Positions 17,033 through 26,591 of a DNA stretch of 64,000 bases are shown in pieces. This DNA comes from an uncultured Pelagibacteraceae bacterium (GTDB lineage Bacteria; Pseudomonadota; Alphaproteobacteria; Pelagibacterales; AG-422-B15). Within the stretch, counting starts at the first letter, position 1; every line of letters begins with the position of its first letter. Where the stretch lies: contig CACGAG010000007.1 in the NCBI GenBank assembly GCA_902571005.1, positions 12,162 to 76,161 of the forward strand, read 5' to 3'. The notes under the pieces are model-generated. The model did not search any database and had not been told where the DNA came from. It saw nothing but the letters and a program-made list of their open reading frames with translations. Position numbers and translations under genes: made by a program.

Positions 17033-18037
17033 TTACGGAAGCCAAGCTTTCCATTCGTCTGTACTGTTTTTCCATTCAGCAACAGCTTCTTCGACAGATA
17101 ATCCGTCGTCACCAACTCTTACAAGCATTTTTGCTTGATCCGTGTTAGAGAAAGCCATTTTTTTGAAGAATGCAACTGCTTCAGCGTTCTCAGGTTTAGA
17201 CATAACTTCAGGATTCATATAATTCATCGTGTAGTCTTTATCCCAACCAGTAGCAGGCCATGCTGCAGTTCCACAATCTTGCCAGTTATTAGCTTCAGTA
17301 AAACTATCACAGTATTTGTATGCTGGTAGTTTTACACCAACCATTTCATTCTTACCGAAGAAAAAGTGTGGTTCCCAAAGATACAGAAGGAATGCTTCAC
17401 CTCTATCATAAGCTCCTTGAGCTTCCGCTAGGGCTGCAACCTCAGTACCTAGTTCTGATGCTTCAAAATCAATTCCTAAAAGATCTAATCTTTTTTGGTC
17501 ATGACAGTTCCAACCAGCAACTGGACATCCAATCAATCTACCTTTTGAACCTGTTTCAGGTGTCGCAAATTGATCTTTATATTTATTTAAATCTGACCAG
17601 TCTTTAAAATCTGGGTTAGCGTCAACAAAGTATTTTGGAACATAGTAATCTGACATTCCAATGATACCACTTGTGTACGCATCAACAGATCCATCACCAG
17701 AATACTCTTTTACAACTTCTCCGTCATAAACAAGATTCATGTTGACCATTACATCGTCAGCCTCTGCATAACTTGGCCAACTTTCACATGCGAAGTCAAT
17801 ATCGCCAGCAGCAATAGCTTCCCATAGACCTGTTCCTGAAGCGAATTCTATTCTATCAACTCTGTAGCCTAGCTCTTCTTCAAGGATAGCAACTGCAACC
17901 TGACATGTTAATTCCCCACCAGTCCAGTCAGCAACAGCAGCTGTTAAACGCTTAGCGTTGGCAGTACCTGCCGAAAGAACTAAAAAAGAAGACAAAATCA
18001 GGGCAGCAAAAGTTTTTGCAAATAATGAATTTTTCAT
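17033..18037 (-). CDS. proX: glycine betaine/quaternary-amine ABC transporter substrate-binding protein
   Basis: Signal peptide, OpuAC-type sequence, and visibly higher GC and codon bias. SD AAGGGGA. Confidence 0.85.
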   Translation of the reverse strand: MKNSLFAKTFAALILSSFLVLSAGTANAKRLTAAVADWTGGELTCQVAVAILEEELGYRVDRIEFASGTGLWEAIAAGDIDFACESWPSYAEADDVMVNMNLVYDGEVVKEYSGDGSVDAYTSGIIGMSDYYVPKYFVDANPDFKDWSDLNKYKDQFATPETGSKGRLIGCPVAGWNCHDQKRLDLLGIDFEASELGTEVAALAEAQGAYDRGEAFLLYLWEPHFFFGKNEMVGVKLPAYKYCDSFTEANNWQDCGTAAWPATGWDKDYTMNYMNPEVMSKPENAEAVAFFKKMAFSNTDQAKMLVRVGDDGLSVEEAVAEWKNSTDEWKAWLP

Positions 18038-18158
18038 TAATTTCCCCTTTTTATTAATTAATTAATAAATAATTCTAGACCAAAAAAGATGAATAAGTAA
18101 ACCGCTTTATCAACATTTTTTGAAGAAAAGTATCAGGAAATATGTATATAAATTAGAT

Positions 18159-20279
18159 CTATAAACCTAGGGCATCTCTTTGCTTTTTTGTCCATGCAAG
18201 ACTGATACGGTCAATTATCATGGCTAATAAACAAATTCCTATGCCAGCAGCAAGAGCTCTACCAGTATCTGATCGAGCTAAGCCATTAAATACCTCAAGA
18301 CCTAGCCCTTTACCACCAATGAGAGGTGTGACAATCTGCATCGCAAAAGCCATCATGACTGTTTGATTGAAACCCATAACCAAACTAGGAACTGCTAGAG
18401 GAAATTTTATCTTATTGAGAGTCTGAATCGTAGTGCCTCCAAATGACTTTGATACTTCTGAATATGTGGAAGAAACTTGTGACAGGCCCAATACAGTTAA
18501 ACGTATTATTGGAGGTATGGAGTATATAATTGTTGCAAGTAATGCAGAAAATGCCCCACCACCAAAAAACATTAAAACTGGAACAAGGTAACAAAAATAT
18601 GGCAATGTTTGCATTGCATCTAATATTACCTCGTTGATATTTTGAAATCTCTTACTGTAAGATGCTAAGATACCTATTGGCACACCAATTACAAAACATA
18701 AAAGAACTGAGATAAGAACTGATGAAAGAGTAATCATTGCTTCAGTCCAAATATTGCAAGCGCCGATGAATGCTAGAAGGATGGCAGTAATAATCGCAAA
18801 TCTAATTCCAACAGATTTCCAGCTGATTAGAACCAATGCGCCAATTGTAAACCAATATGGTAAATATGTGAGATAAAAATCAAATGGTCTTAGTAGATAA
18901 ATAACAACAGTTGATCTGATTGTTTTGGTTATTGAAATAAACGTATCATTTACAACCAATGACTTTACACCAGCAGAAATTTCTTCTCTTATTGACAGAT
19001 TCCATGCTTCAGGAAATGTTCCTATTGCAGCAACGTTTGCATCATAATAAACGATGCCAATCAATATTAATAATCCAGAGAAAAAGAAATAATGAGCATT
19101 TATAAATTGTGCAATCGCTGAGCCGTAATCCTTATTAAATAAAGAAATTACTGAATTTAAAATGAAAGAAAATATTCGAATAACGCTTGAGAATACAAAT
19201 GCAAATGCAAAATGAATTAATTGTAGAGGTTTTTCAACCTGTCTAGCAATGGGATAAATATCCCATGTTTGCGGTAAAAGATAAAATTTTTGACTATCGG
19301 ATGGCAGGGTAACTGTCTCCCGACTAGCGGCTTTACCAAATCTATCGAACATGATTGCCATTAAAAGAACGCAAATACCTCCTTCCAAAGCAGCTCCGAC
19401 TTCTAGTTTTTTTATCGATACCCAAATGTCTGAACCTAGACCTTGAGCCCCAATAAACGTTGCTAAAACAACCAATGCCAATGCCATCATTATTGTTTGG
19501 TTAACGCCCATCATGATGCTTGGAAGAGCTAATGGAATTTGTACTTTAAATAAAATTTGGCTCTTACTCGAACCAAAAGCTGTTGCTGTTTCTACTGTTT
19601 CATTGGGGACCTGACGTATACCTAAGTTTGTCAGACGAATAATAGGAGGCATTGAATAAATCATTGTTGCAAGAATTGCAGGTGCGCCTCCGATTCCAAA
19701 GAAAAACATTGCAGGGATAAGATAAACAAATGCAGGCATCACTTGCATTATATCGAGAGCTGGTTTCATATTTCTCTCAAAACGATCACTTAATGCACAG
19801 AAAATACCAAGTATTACTCCAACAGCTACAGACAAGAATACTGATAGACCCATAAGAGCAAGAGTTTCCATAGCAGAGTCCCAAAGCCCAACCATTCCCC
19901 AATACATGGTGCCAAAAAGAACCAGAAAACCTAATTTAATTCCACCGAATGCAAGTGATGGAATAAGCAATAGCGCCGCTATAAATACCCAAGATGAATC
20001 CAGTAAAAAATCCTCGAGCATCCAATAAAGGTCTTTTACATAACCAGCAACCATCCTTGTATAAACTTTAATATTATCTTTTAAAAAATCTTCACCAGCA
20101 TTGACCCAAGCTGTAAAAGTAAAAGCGTCAGTTATAAAGACAGGAAATTCAGAAACATCTTCTCCTTGAAATGCAAGCCAGATTGAAGCTAGAATTGCAG
20201 CAAAAATTAGCCCAGGAATGATAAGACTCTGAGTACTACTTTTAGAAGATAAAAGAGATGTATCTTGGGTTAATGCCAT
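18159..20279 (-). CDS. proW: glycine betaine ABC transporter permease, tandem-fused (two ProW-like halves)
   Basis: 706 aa. Both halves carry the same core (N half ...PAFVYLIPAMFFFGIGGAPAILATMIYSMPPIIRLTNLG..., C half ...PYFCYLVPVLMFFGGGAFSALLATIIYSIPPIIRLTVLG...). Confidence 0.85.
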   Translation of the reverse strand: MALTQDTSLLSSKSSTQSLIIPGLIFAAILASIWLAFQGEDVSEFPVFITDAFTFTAWVNAGEDFLKDNIKVYTRMVAGYVKDLYWMLEDFLLDSSWVFIAALLLIPSLAFGGIKLGFLVLFGTMYWGMVGLWDSAMETLALMGLSVFLSVAVGVILGIFCALSDRFERNMKPALDIMQVMPAFVYLIPAMFFFGIGGAPAILATMIYSMPPIIRLTNLGIRQVPNETVETATAFGSSKSQILFKVQIPLALPSIMMGVNQTIMMALALVVLATFIGAQGLGSDIWVSIKKLEVGAALEGGICVLLMAIMFDRFGKAASRETVTLPSDSQKFYLLPQTWDIYPIARQVEKPLQLIHFAFAFVFSSVIRIFSFILNSVISLFNKDYGSAIAQFINAHYFFFSGLLILIGIVYYDANVAAIGTFPEAWNLSIREEISAGVKSLVVNDTFISITKTIRSTVVIYLLRPFDFYLTYLPYWFTIGALVLISWKSVGIRFAIITAILLAFIGACNIWTEAMITLSSVLISVLLCFVIGVPIGILASYSKRFQNINEVILDAMQTLPYFCYLVPVLMFFGGGAFSALLATIIYSIPPIIRLTVLGLSQVSSTYSEVSKSFGGTTIQTLNKIKFPLAVPSLVMGFNQTVMMAFAMQIVTPLIGGKGLGLEVFNGLARSDTGRALAAGIGICLLAMIIDRISLAWTKKQRDALGL

Positions 20280-20365
20280 ATAAAATAGTATTCCTCAAGG
20301 TTAAATAAATTATTCAAAAATCCTCAACATAGTATAACATTCAGCAGATAAAGCACTCAAAAATA

Positions 20366-21406
20366 ATGGAAAAAAATGACAAAATAGTATGCACAAATAT
20401 ATGGAAAGTATTTGGGCCGAATGAAAAAAATGTTCTTACAAATTTAGACAAAAATCTTTCAAGAAGTGAAGTGCAAGAAAAAACTGGACATGTGGTTGCA
20501 GTTAAAGATGTAAGTTTCTCAGTTCAAAAAGGTGAAACGTTTGTTGTAATGGGTTTATCAGGTAGTGGTAAATCTACATTAGTAAGATGTTTATCAAGAC
20601 TAATTGAGCCAACAGCGGGTGAGGTAAAAATTGACAATCAGGATGTAACACAGATGAGTAATAAAGATTTAACAGATCTGAGGCGTAATAGAATGAGTAT
20701 GGTATTTCAGCACTTTGGTCTTTTCCCTCATCGAAGAGTGATAGAAAATATTGGCTATGGACTTGAAATAAGGGGAGTAAAGAAAAAAGATCGATTAGAT
20801 AAGTCAATGGAAACACTTAAACTTGTAGGACTAGAAGGTTGGGATCAACATTACCCTCGCGAATTGTCAGGTGGAATGCAACAAAGAGTTGGACTAGCTA
20901 GAGCTCTAGCAGTTGATCCAGAGATTCTAATTTTTGACGAACCTTTCTCAGCACTGGATCCATTGATAAGAAGGGAAATGCAAGACGAGTTAATTAGCAT
21001 TCAAAAAATGGTTCAAAAAACAATGGTATTTATTACGCATGATTTTTCTGAAGCTATTAAAATGGGTGATCATATTGCGATAATGAAAGATGGAGAAATA
21101 TCACAAGTTGGTACACCAGAGGAAATTGTTGCAAATCCTGTGGATCAATATGTAAAAGACTTCACTGAAGATGTTCCCAAATACAAAGTTTTAAGTGCGG
21201 GTAAATGCGCAAGAAAAGAATGCTGCGAAGATACAAAAACCCTGTTCGCCCAGGGCAATGAGTGTATTAAAAGTGACGTTAAAATCGATACTTTAATTAA
21301 TCAGATAGCTGACACTGACAAAAAATATCCTGTAATCGATGCAGTTTCAGGAGAACTAATTGGTGAAATTGATCGGTCAATAGTCTTAAAATCAATGACA
21401 TCTTAA
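20366..21406 (+). CDS. proV: glycine betaine/proline ABC transporter ATPase
   Basis: Walker A GLSGSGKST and signature LSGGMQQRVGLARAL, with a C-terminal CBS-like tail. Confidence 0.9.
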   Translation: MEKNDKIVCTNIWKVFGPNEKNVLTNLDKNLSRSEVQEKTGHVVAVKDVSFSVQKGETFVVMGLSGSGKSTLVRCLSRLIEPTAGEVKIDNQDVTQMSNKDLTDLRRNRMSMVFQHFGLFPHRRVIENIGYGLEIRGVKKKDRLDKSMETLKLVGLEGWDQHYPRELSGGMQQRVGLARALAVDPEILIFDEPFSALDPLIRREMQDELISIQKMVQKTMVFITHDFSEAIKMGDHIAIMKDGEISQVGTPEEIVANPVDQYVKDFTEDVPKYKVLSAGKCARKECCEDTKTLFAQGNECIKSDVKIDTLINQIADTDKKYPVIDAVSGELIGEIDRSIVLKSMTS

Positions 21407-21426
21407 TTAATTTGAATAAATAAACC

Positions 21427-22617
21427 ATGACGCTTTTCAATTTGAATAAAGAAGAAATTCTTGCCCCTCAAGATTGGGGTTTCCCTGTACCGATAGCATA
21501 TGGTCCAGGTAGATTTTCCGAAATTGGAAATTATTGTTCTGAGAATGAGATAACCAATCCACTTATTGTCACTGATAGTGGCAGTGTTGATCTTCCCTTC
21601 ATTGATAACTTGGTCGAAATTTTAAAAAAATCGAAAATTAATTCAGGTATTTACTCAAAAATTTCACCCAACCCAAGAGATGATGAAATTGCATCAGGAA
21701 AAAAACTTTTCAATGATAACAATCACGATGCAATAATTGCTATTGGCGGCGGAAGTGCCATGGATGGTGGCAAGTCAATTTGTCTAACCGCTAATAATGA
21801 AATTGAGTTATTTGACTTTGAGTGGGAAAAGACACCTCAAGTCATTGGACCAGATAATAAATTTCCTAAACTTATTACAATTCCTACAACAGCTGGAACA
21901 GGTGCTGAAACAGAAAGTACAGCAATGGTAACAGATACCAAACAAGGAATTAAACTTTGTATAATGCATCCTGAATTGAAGCCTTCATTGGCATTGCTCG
22001 ATCCTGAACTAACATTGGGATTACCCTCAAATCTTACAGCATGGACAGGTGCAGATGCAATGATCCACTCAATTGAGGGTTATTGTGTTCCAGGTTTTCA
22101 CCCCTTATGTGATGGTGCCGCGCTCGAAAGTCTAAACTTAATTTCTAAATCACTCATTACAGCTGTAGAAGAACCAAATAATCTTGAAGCAAGAGGGGCT
22201 ATGCTTGTTGCTTCGTGTTTGGGGGGAGTTTCTTTTATAAAAGGGCTGGGTCTTGTTCACGCTATTGCGCATATGGTTGGGGCAGAATTTAATACGCATC
22301 ACGGACTAACTAATGCTATTATTTTGCCAGCAGTTCTAAGATACAACCTACCAGATATGGAAGAGAAAGTGATGAGAATGGCTCAGGCAATGCAATATAA
22401 AGATCATACTGCAAATCATTTCATCGAAAGCATGGAAAAAATACTAGATCGAATTAAGATACCCAAGGGTTTAAATGAAATTGGTGTTCCAGAAGATTGT
22501 ATTGAGAGAATATCTGAAAAGTCAATGATTGATACAGCCTTTGGCACTAACCCTCGTTCAGCCACATTGGATGATGTTAGAGAGCTCGTCAAGGTCAGTA
22601 TTTTTGGAGCTCGATAA
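21427..22617 (+). CDS. iron-containing (type III) alcohol dehydrogenase
   Basis: GGGSAMDGGK and the HAIAHMVGAEFNTHHG metal-His motifs. Confidence 0.85.
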   Translation: MTLFNLNKEEILAPQDWGFPVPIAYGPGRFSEIGNYCSENEITNPLIVTDSGSVDLPFIDNLVEILKKSKINSGIYSKISPNPRDDEIASGKKLFNDNNHDAIIAIGGGSAMDGGKSICLTANNEIELFDFEWEKTPQVIGPDNKFPKLITIPTTAGTGAETESTAMVTDTKQGIKLCIMHPELKPSLALLDPELTLGLPSNLTAWTGADAMIHSIEGYCVPGFHPLCDGAALESLNLISKSLITAVEEPNNLEARGAMLVASCLGGVSFIKGLGLVHAIAHMVGAEFNTHHGLTNAIILPAVLRYNLPDMEEKVMRMAQAMQYKDHTANHFIESMEKILDRIKIPKGLNEIGVPEDCIERISEKSMIDTAFGTNPRSATLDDVRELVKVSIFGAR

Positions 22618-22629
22618 AAAACCTCGTAG

Positions 22630-24054
22630 ATGATTACTCATTTATCTGTTCGGGATCAAATTGATTTAATTTCTAAAAAAGAAATAAAAGTTGAAGAACT
22701 TTTTCAAGAATACTTATCCAATATTGAAAAGCTTAATCCTAAGCTTAACGCCATTGTGTCACTTAGAGACAAAGATTGGATTATTGATAAAGCAAAGGCA
22801 CAGGATGAACAAAAAATTGATGTTACAAGAAAACAAATTTTATTTGGACTTCCATTTGTTGCAAAAGAATTATTCGACGTAACTGGACTGCCAACTACTT
22901 ATGGAATACTTGAATATCGAAATAATTTTCCACAAAATGACTCGTTAATTGTAAAAAAAATAAAGCATCAAGGAGCCACAATTATTGGAAAATCAAATAT
23001 GGCAGAACTAGCAATTGGATCTCATACAAAGAATAAATTATTTGATCCAGTTTCAAATCCTTATAACTATAATCTATCACCTGGCGGCTCAAGCGGAGGA
23101 GCGTCAGCAGCTGTAGCCAGCTGCCTCATACCATTTTCTGATGGTACGGACATGATGGGCTCTTGCAGAAACCCTGCAGCTTTCACAAATCTATATGGTT
23201 TTAGACCATCTCCTGGACTGATATCTGATAAAAGAGAAACCAGTAAATTTCCTGTATTGACGACTCCAGGTGGAATTGCCAGAACACCTGATGACTTAAG
23301 TATTTTTTTAGATGCCGTCGTTGGAAAAGATATAGAAGATCCCTACTCGTTTAACTTTGAGGGTTCATTTCAGTCAATAACTAAAAATTTATCTAGTGAA
23401 ATAAAGATTGGTTGGATTAGTAACTTTGTTGAACACTATTCTTTTGAAGAAGGAATTATAGAATTATGCGAAGCCTCTTTAAACAAACTCGTGGAAACAG
23501 ACAAAAAGATATTTGTAGAACAATGCAAAGTTAATATTGATCCAGATAAACTATGGGATACATGGTGCACTCTCAGGTCAAAAATCACATTTAATGATAT
23601 TTCTGCAATGCAAATTAAGGATTTTAATGAACTAAGCTTTCCAGCTAAATGGGAATACGAAGAAGGAAGTAAAGTTTCAGACGATCAAGTTTCTAATTCC
23701 ATTGATTGGTATAATAATTATAAAAAGTATGTCGATAGTATATTTGAAAACTATGATTTTATTGCTTTACCATCAGCACAATTATTTCCATTTAACAAAG
23801 AAATAGATTTTCCAAAAAGTATTTCAAAAACCCAGATGGACACATACCATCGCTGGATGGAAGTTACGGTATTTGCAAGCATGTTTCAATTGCCTACCAT
23901 CTCATTACCAGTTGGCTTTAATGCTGAGGGACTGCCAATGGGTATGCAATTAATTGGAAAAAATAAATCAGATGAAAAAGTGATACAAATTGGAAAATAT
24001 TATGAAGAAATCTTTTATCATTCAAAAATAAAACCTAATATAATTAATGGTTAA
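22630..24054 (+). CDS. amidase-signature family amidase
   Basis: GGSSGGASAAVA signature with upstream K and cis-Ser context, 474 aa. Confidence 0.85.
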   Translation: MITHLSVRDQIDLISKKEIKVEELFQEYLSNIEKLNPKLNAIVSLRDKDWIIDKAKAQDEQKIDVTRKQILFGLPFVAKELFDVTGLPTTYGILEYRNNFPQNDSLIVKKIKHQGATIIGKSNMAELAIGSHTKNKLFDPVSNPYNYNLSPGGSSGGASAAVASCLIPFSDGTDMMGSCRNPAAFTNLYGFRPSPGLISDKRETSKFPVLTTPGGIARTPDDLSIFLDAVVGKDIEDPYSFNFEGSFQSITKNLSSEIKIGWISNFVEHYSFEEGIIELCEASLNKLVETDKKIFVEQCKVNIDPDKLWDTWCTLRSKITFNDISAMQIKDFNELSFPAKWEYEEGSKVSDDQVSNSIDWYNNYKKYVDSIFENYDFIALPSAQLFPFNKEIDFPKSISKTQMDTYHRWMEVTVFASMFQLPTISLPVGFNAEGLPMGMQLIGKNKSDEKVIQIGKYYEEIFYHSKIKPNIING

Positions 24055-25210
24055 TAAGTTAGTCGATACCCCAAACCCAACTCTTGTAACATTACGCGAC
24101 AATAAAGCTAAATGGAACCTTCCTGAATATAGAAGAACTGGCTATAGGAATCTTCATAAAATAAACAGATATGGTCTTTTGTTAAGATCAGATTACGTTC
24201 TTTTGCTTAATGAGAACAGTAAAGATGAAATAGATAAAATAAACTCAGTAAGGGAGATGACGAGCCATAAATCTTTTTGTTCTTTAATAGTTGGAAGAGG
24301 GCAAGAAATATTTTTTGAGAAATATGCAAAAGATTTCTCTTCTGAAACACCGCATACAATAATGTCAATTTCAAAGATGTTTTTAAATCTATTTGTCGGT
24401 GAATTAGTTGAGAAAGGTGAATTGCAATTGGAAAAACCTATTGGCTATTATTTGCCCAATATTGGAGAAGGATATTCAAAAGCGACGGTTCAAAACGTAT
24501 TAAATATGAACATTATTAATGCTTTTACCGAAGATTATACTGATCCGTATTCAACATCATTTATGCATGAAACTGTTGGTGGCTGGCGAATACCAGATAA
24601 AGATAAAGATGAAAAGTTTCAAGAAGATTTCTTGAACAGTATTCAAACAGATGGAACTAATTCTATAATAAACAATTCTGATAAAGCATTTTATAAGTCA
24701 GCAAACAGCGATGTGATTGCTCTACTAATTGAAAAATTAAGTGGAAGAGAGCTGCGAGAGTGGCTTCTCTCGTCAGTAGAAGCAATGGGTCTTGAAGATG
24801 GTTTGTATATGGCAACAGATAGAGGTGGGATGCCATGGCTGTCCGGTGGTGGTTGTCTTGTTGCAAGAGATTTGCTACGCATGGGACTGCATTTCTCAAG
24901 AAAAGGTCTTGGGATCAGAAATAGATTAGCTGGCTCTCGTAAATTTATTGATGATACAGTTTCTGAAAAAGGTCCAAAATATATGCACTTAAAAGATGAA
25001 AAATATGTTTATTATGCAAATCAAACTATGAAATCTAATAATTGGATTGGGCATTCTGGATACGGTGGGCAATTTTTAATGATTAACTTAGAAACAAATG
25101 TTGTTGCAAGTTTTTTTTCTGTTTTAGAAACCGACTCAGCAACTGATGAAGACTATAAAGCCAAAATGATTCTCATGCTTGAGGAAGTAACATCAAAGCA
25201 ATATTCATAG
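24047..25210 (+). CDS. serine hydrolase, beta-lactamase/transpeptidase-like fold
   Basis: SxxK motif (SISK) at the expected position, about 390 aa. It overlaps the amidase gene by 8 nt. Confidence 0.7.
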   Translation: MVNKLVDTPNPTLVTLRDNKAKWNLPEYRRTGYRNLHKINRYGLLLRSDYVLLLNENSKDEIDKINSVREMTSHKSFCSLIVGRGQEIFFEKYAKDFSSETPHTIMSISKMFLNLFVGELVEKGELQLEKPIGYYLPNIGEGYSKATVQNVLNMNIINAFTEDYTDPYSTSFMHETVGGWRIPDKDKDEKFQEDFLNSIQTDGTNSIINNSDKAFYKSANSDVIALLIEKLSGRELREWLLSSVEAMGLEDGLYMATDRGGMPWLSGGGCLVARDLLRMGLHFSRKGLGIRNRLAGSRKFIDDTVSEKGPKYMHLKDEKYVYYANQTMKSNNWIGHSGYGGQFLMINLETNVVASFFSVLETDSATDEDYKAKMILMLEEVTSKQYS

Positions 25211-25222
25211 AAAGGATAGATA

Positions 25223-25606
25223 ATGAAAGGATACGTAATGGTTGGGTCAAGTAATTTAAAAGAATCTAAAGCATTCTACGATGTTGTCCTCGCAGTAATG
25301 GGAATAGTTTCAATTTATGAGGATGAGGTGTGTGTAGGTTATGCTCGAGAGGGGAAACAAGATGTTGAGTTCTATATAACCAAACCGGCAAATGGAAAGC
25401 CTGTTACATTTGGAAATGGTACACAGATATCCTTTTTGACCGAGTCAAAAGAACAAGTTGATAAGTTTCACAAAACTGCTTTAGGACTTGGAGCACAAAA
25501 TGAAGGGGATCCAGGTTTTAGACCAAGCGACAGTAATGTTTATTATGCATACATTAGAGACCCAGATGGTAACAAAATTTGCTCATATACAAGTGTAAAT
25601 GTCTAG
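25223..25606 (+). CDS. VOC (glyoxalase/bleomycin-resistance/dioxygenase) family protein
   Basis: 127 aa with the typical VOC beta-alpha-beta-beta-beta sequence pattern (DPDGNKI near the C-terminus). Confidence 0.7.
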   Translation: MKGYVMVGSSNLKESKAFYDVVLAVMGIVSIYEDEVCVGYAREGKQDVEFYITKPANGKPVTFGNGTQISFLTESKEQVDKFHKTALGLGAQNEGDPGFRPSDSNVYYAYIRDPDGNKICSYTSVNV

Positions 25607-26591
25607 GGCTACCAGGTTTAAATTATATCGAGCATTGCTTATAGTTGCTATTGTTTTAATAGTACCAGTCATCTTTATTGTAGGAATTACTCTGCCCTAT
25701 TTATTTAATACAATAAAAATAACTTTTCCTGATATTGTCATTGATAAAGATGTTGAAAGTTATATTGCTGAAAAAGAACTGCTTTTTGAGAATACTGATC
25801 CCCGAGCAAAGAAAAAAATCATATGGCATGATGATGCGAAAATTAAAACTGAATATTCAATTGTTTATCTTCATGGAAGTTTTGCGACGGGGCGTCAACA
25901 AGAAGAAGTTTTGGTAAAGATTGCCAAAAAATTAAAGGCTAATTTATTTATATCAAGACTAGCTGGCCATGGCTCTGGTTTTGAATCTACAAAATCTCTG
26001 GAGGCCAAAAATTTTCTCGAAGATGCAGCCGAAGCCGTTGCAGTAGGCAATAAAATCGGAAACAAAGTTATATTAATGGGTTTTTCAGCTGGAGGTTCAT
26101 TTGCATTAATGGCTGCAAAAGATCAGAATTTAAGTGAAAAAATTGATCATTTGGTACTTGTGGCGCCATGGACTCCCAAGCTATCTCCTCCTTATTTCTT
26201 AGCGGCGACTGGGTTATTTTTTAAAAGCCAATACAAGTTTAATTTTCCTAGAATGTTTGACTTGCCAAATGAAGAATGGGATCCTTTTTGGGTCAATGAA
26301 TTTCACAGGGAACTTCCAAGACAGCTTTGGGTGGCGGCATTTTCTGGAAGGAAACTTGAATTTCAAGAGACTAAGATTCCACTATTAGTATTTTATGAAG
26401 AAAAAGATAAAGTAGTAAACTCTGAAGGAGTTAAAAAAATATTTGAACAATGGAAAGGACCTAAGAAAATAATTAATAACGATACTAATTTAGGAGGCTT
26501 TAATTATCATGATATTATTGGAATTCTAAACTCCCCACAAGATGATTTCTTTGTTGAGGAAATCAACAACTGGATAGAAGTTAACTCTTAA
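25599..26591 (+). CDS. membrane-anchored alpha/beta hydrolase
   Basis: N-terminal TM helix and a GFSAGG nucleophile elbow. Confidence 0.6.
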   Translation: MSRATRFKLYRALLIVAIVLIVPVIFIVGITLPYLFNTIKITFPDIVIDKDVESYIAEKELLFENTDPRAKKKIIWHDDAKIKTEYSIVYLHGSFATGRQQEEVLVKIAKKLKANLFISRLAGHGSGFESTKSLEAKNFLEDAAEAVAVGNKIGNKVILMGFSAGGSFALMAAKDQNLSEKIDHLVLVAPWTPKLSPPYFLAATGLFFKSQYKFNFPRMFDLPNEEWDPFWVNEFHRELPRQLWVAAFSGRKLEFQETKIPLLVFYEEKDKVVNSEGVKKIFEQWKGPKKIINNDTNLGGFNYHDIIGILNSPQDDFFVEEINNWIEVNS

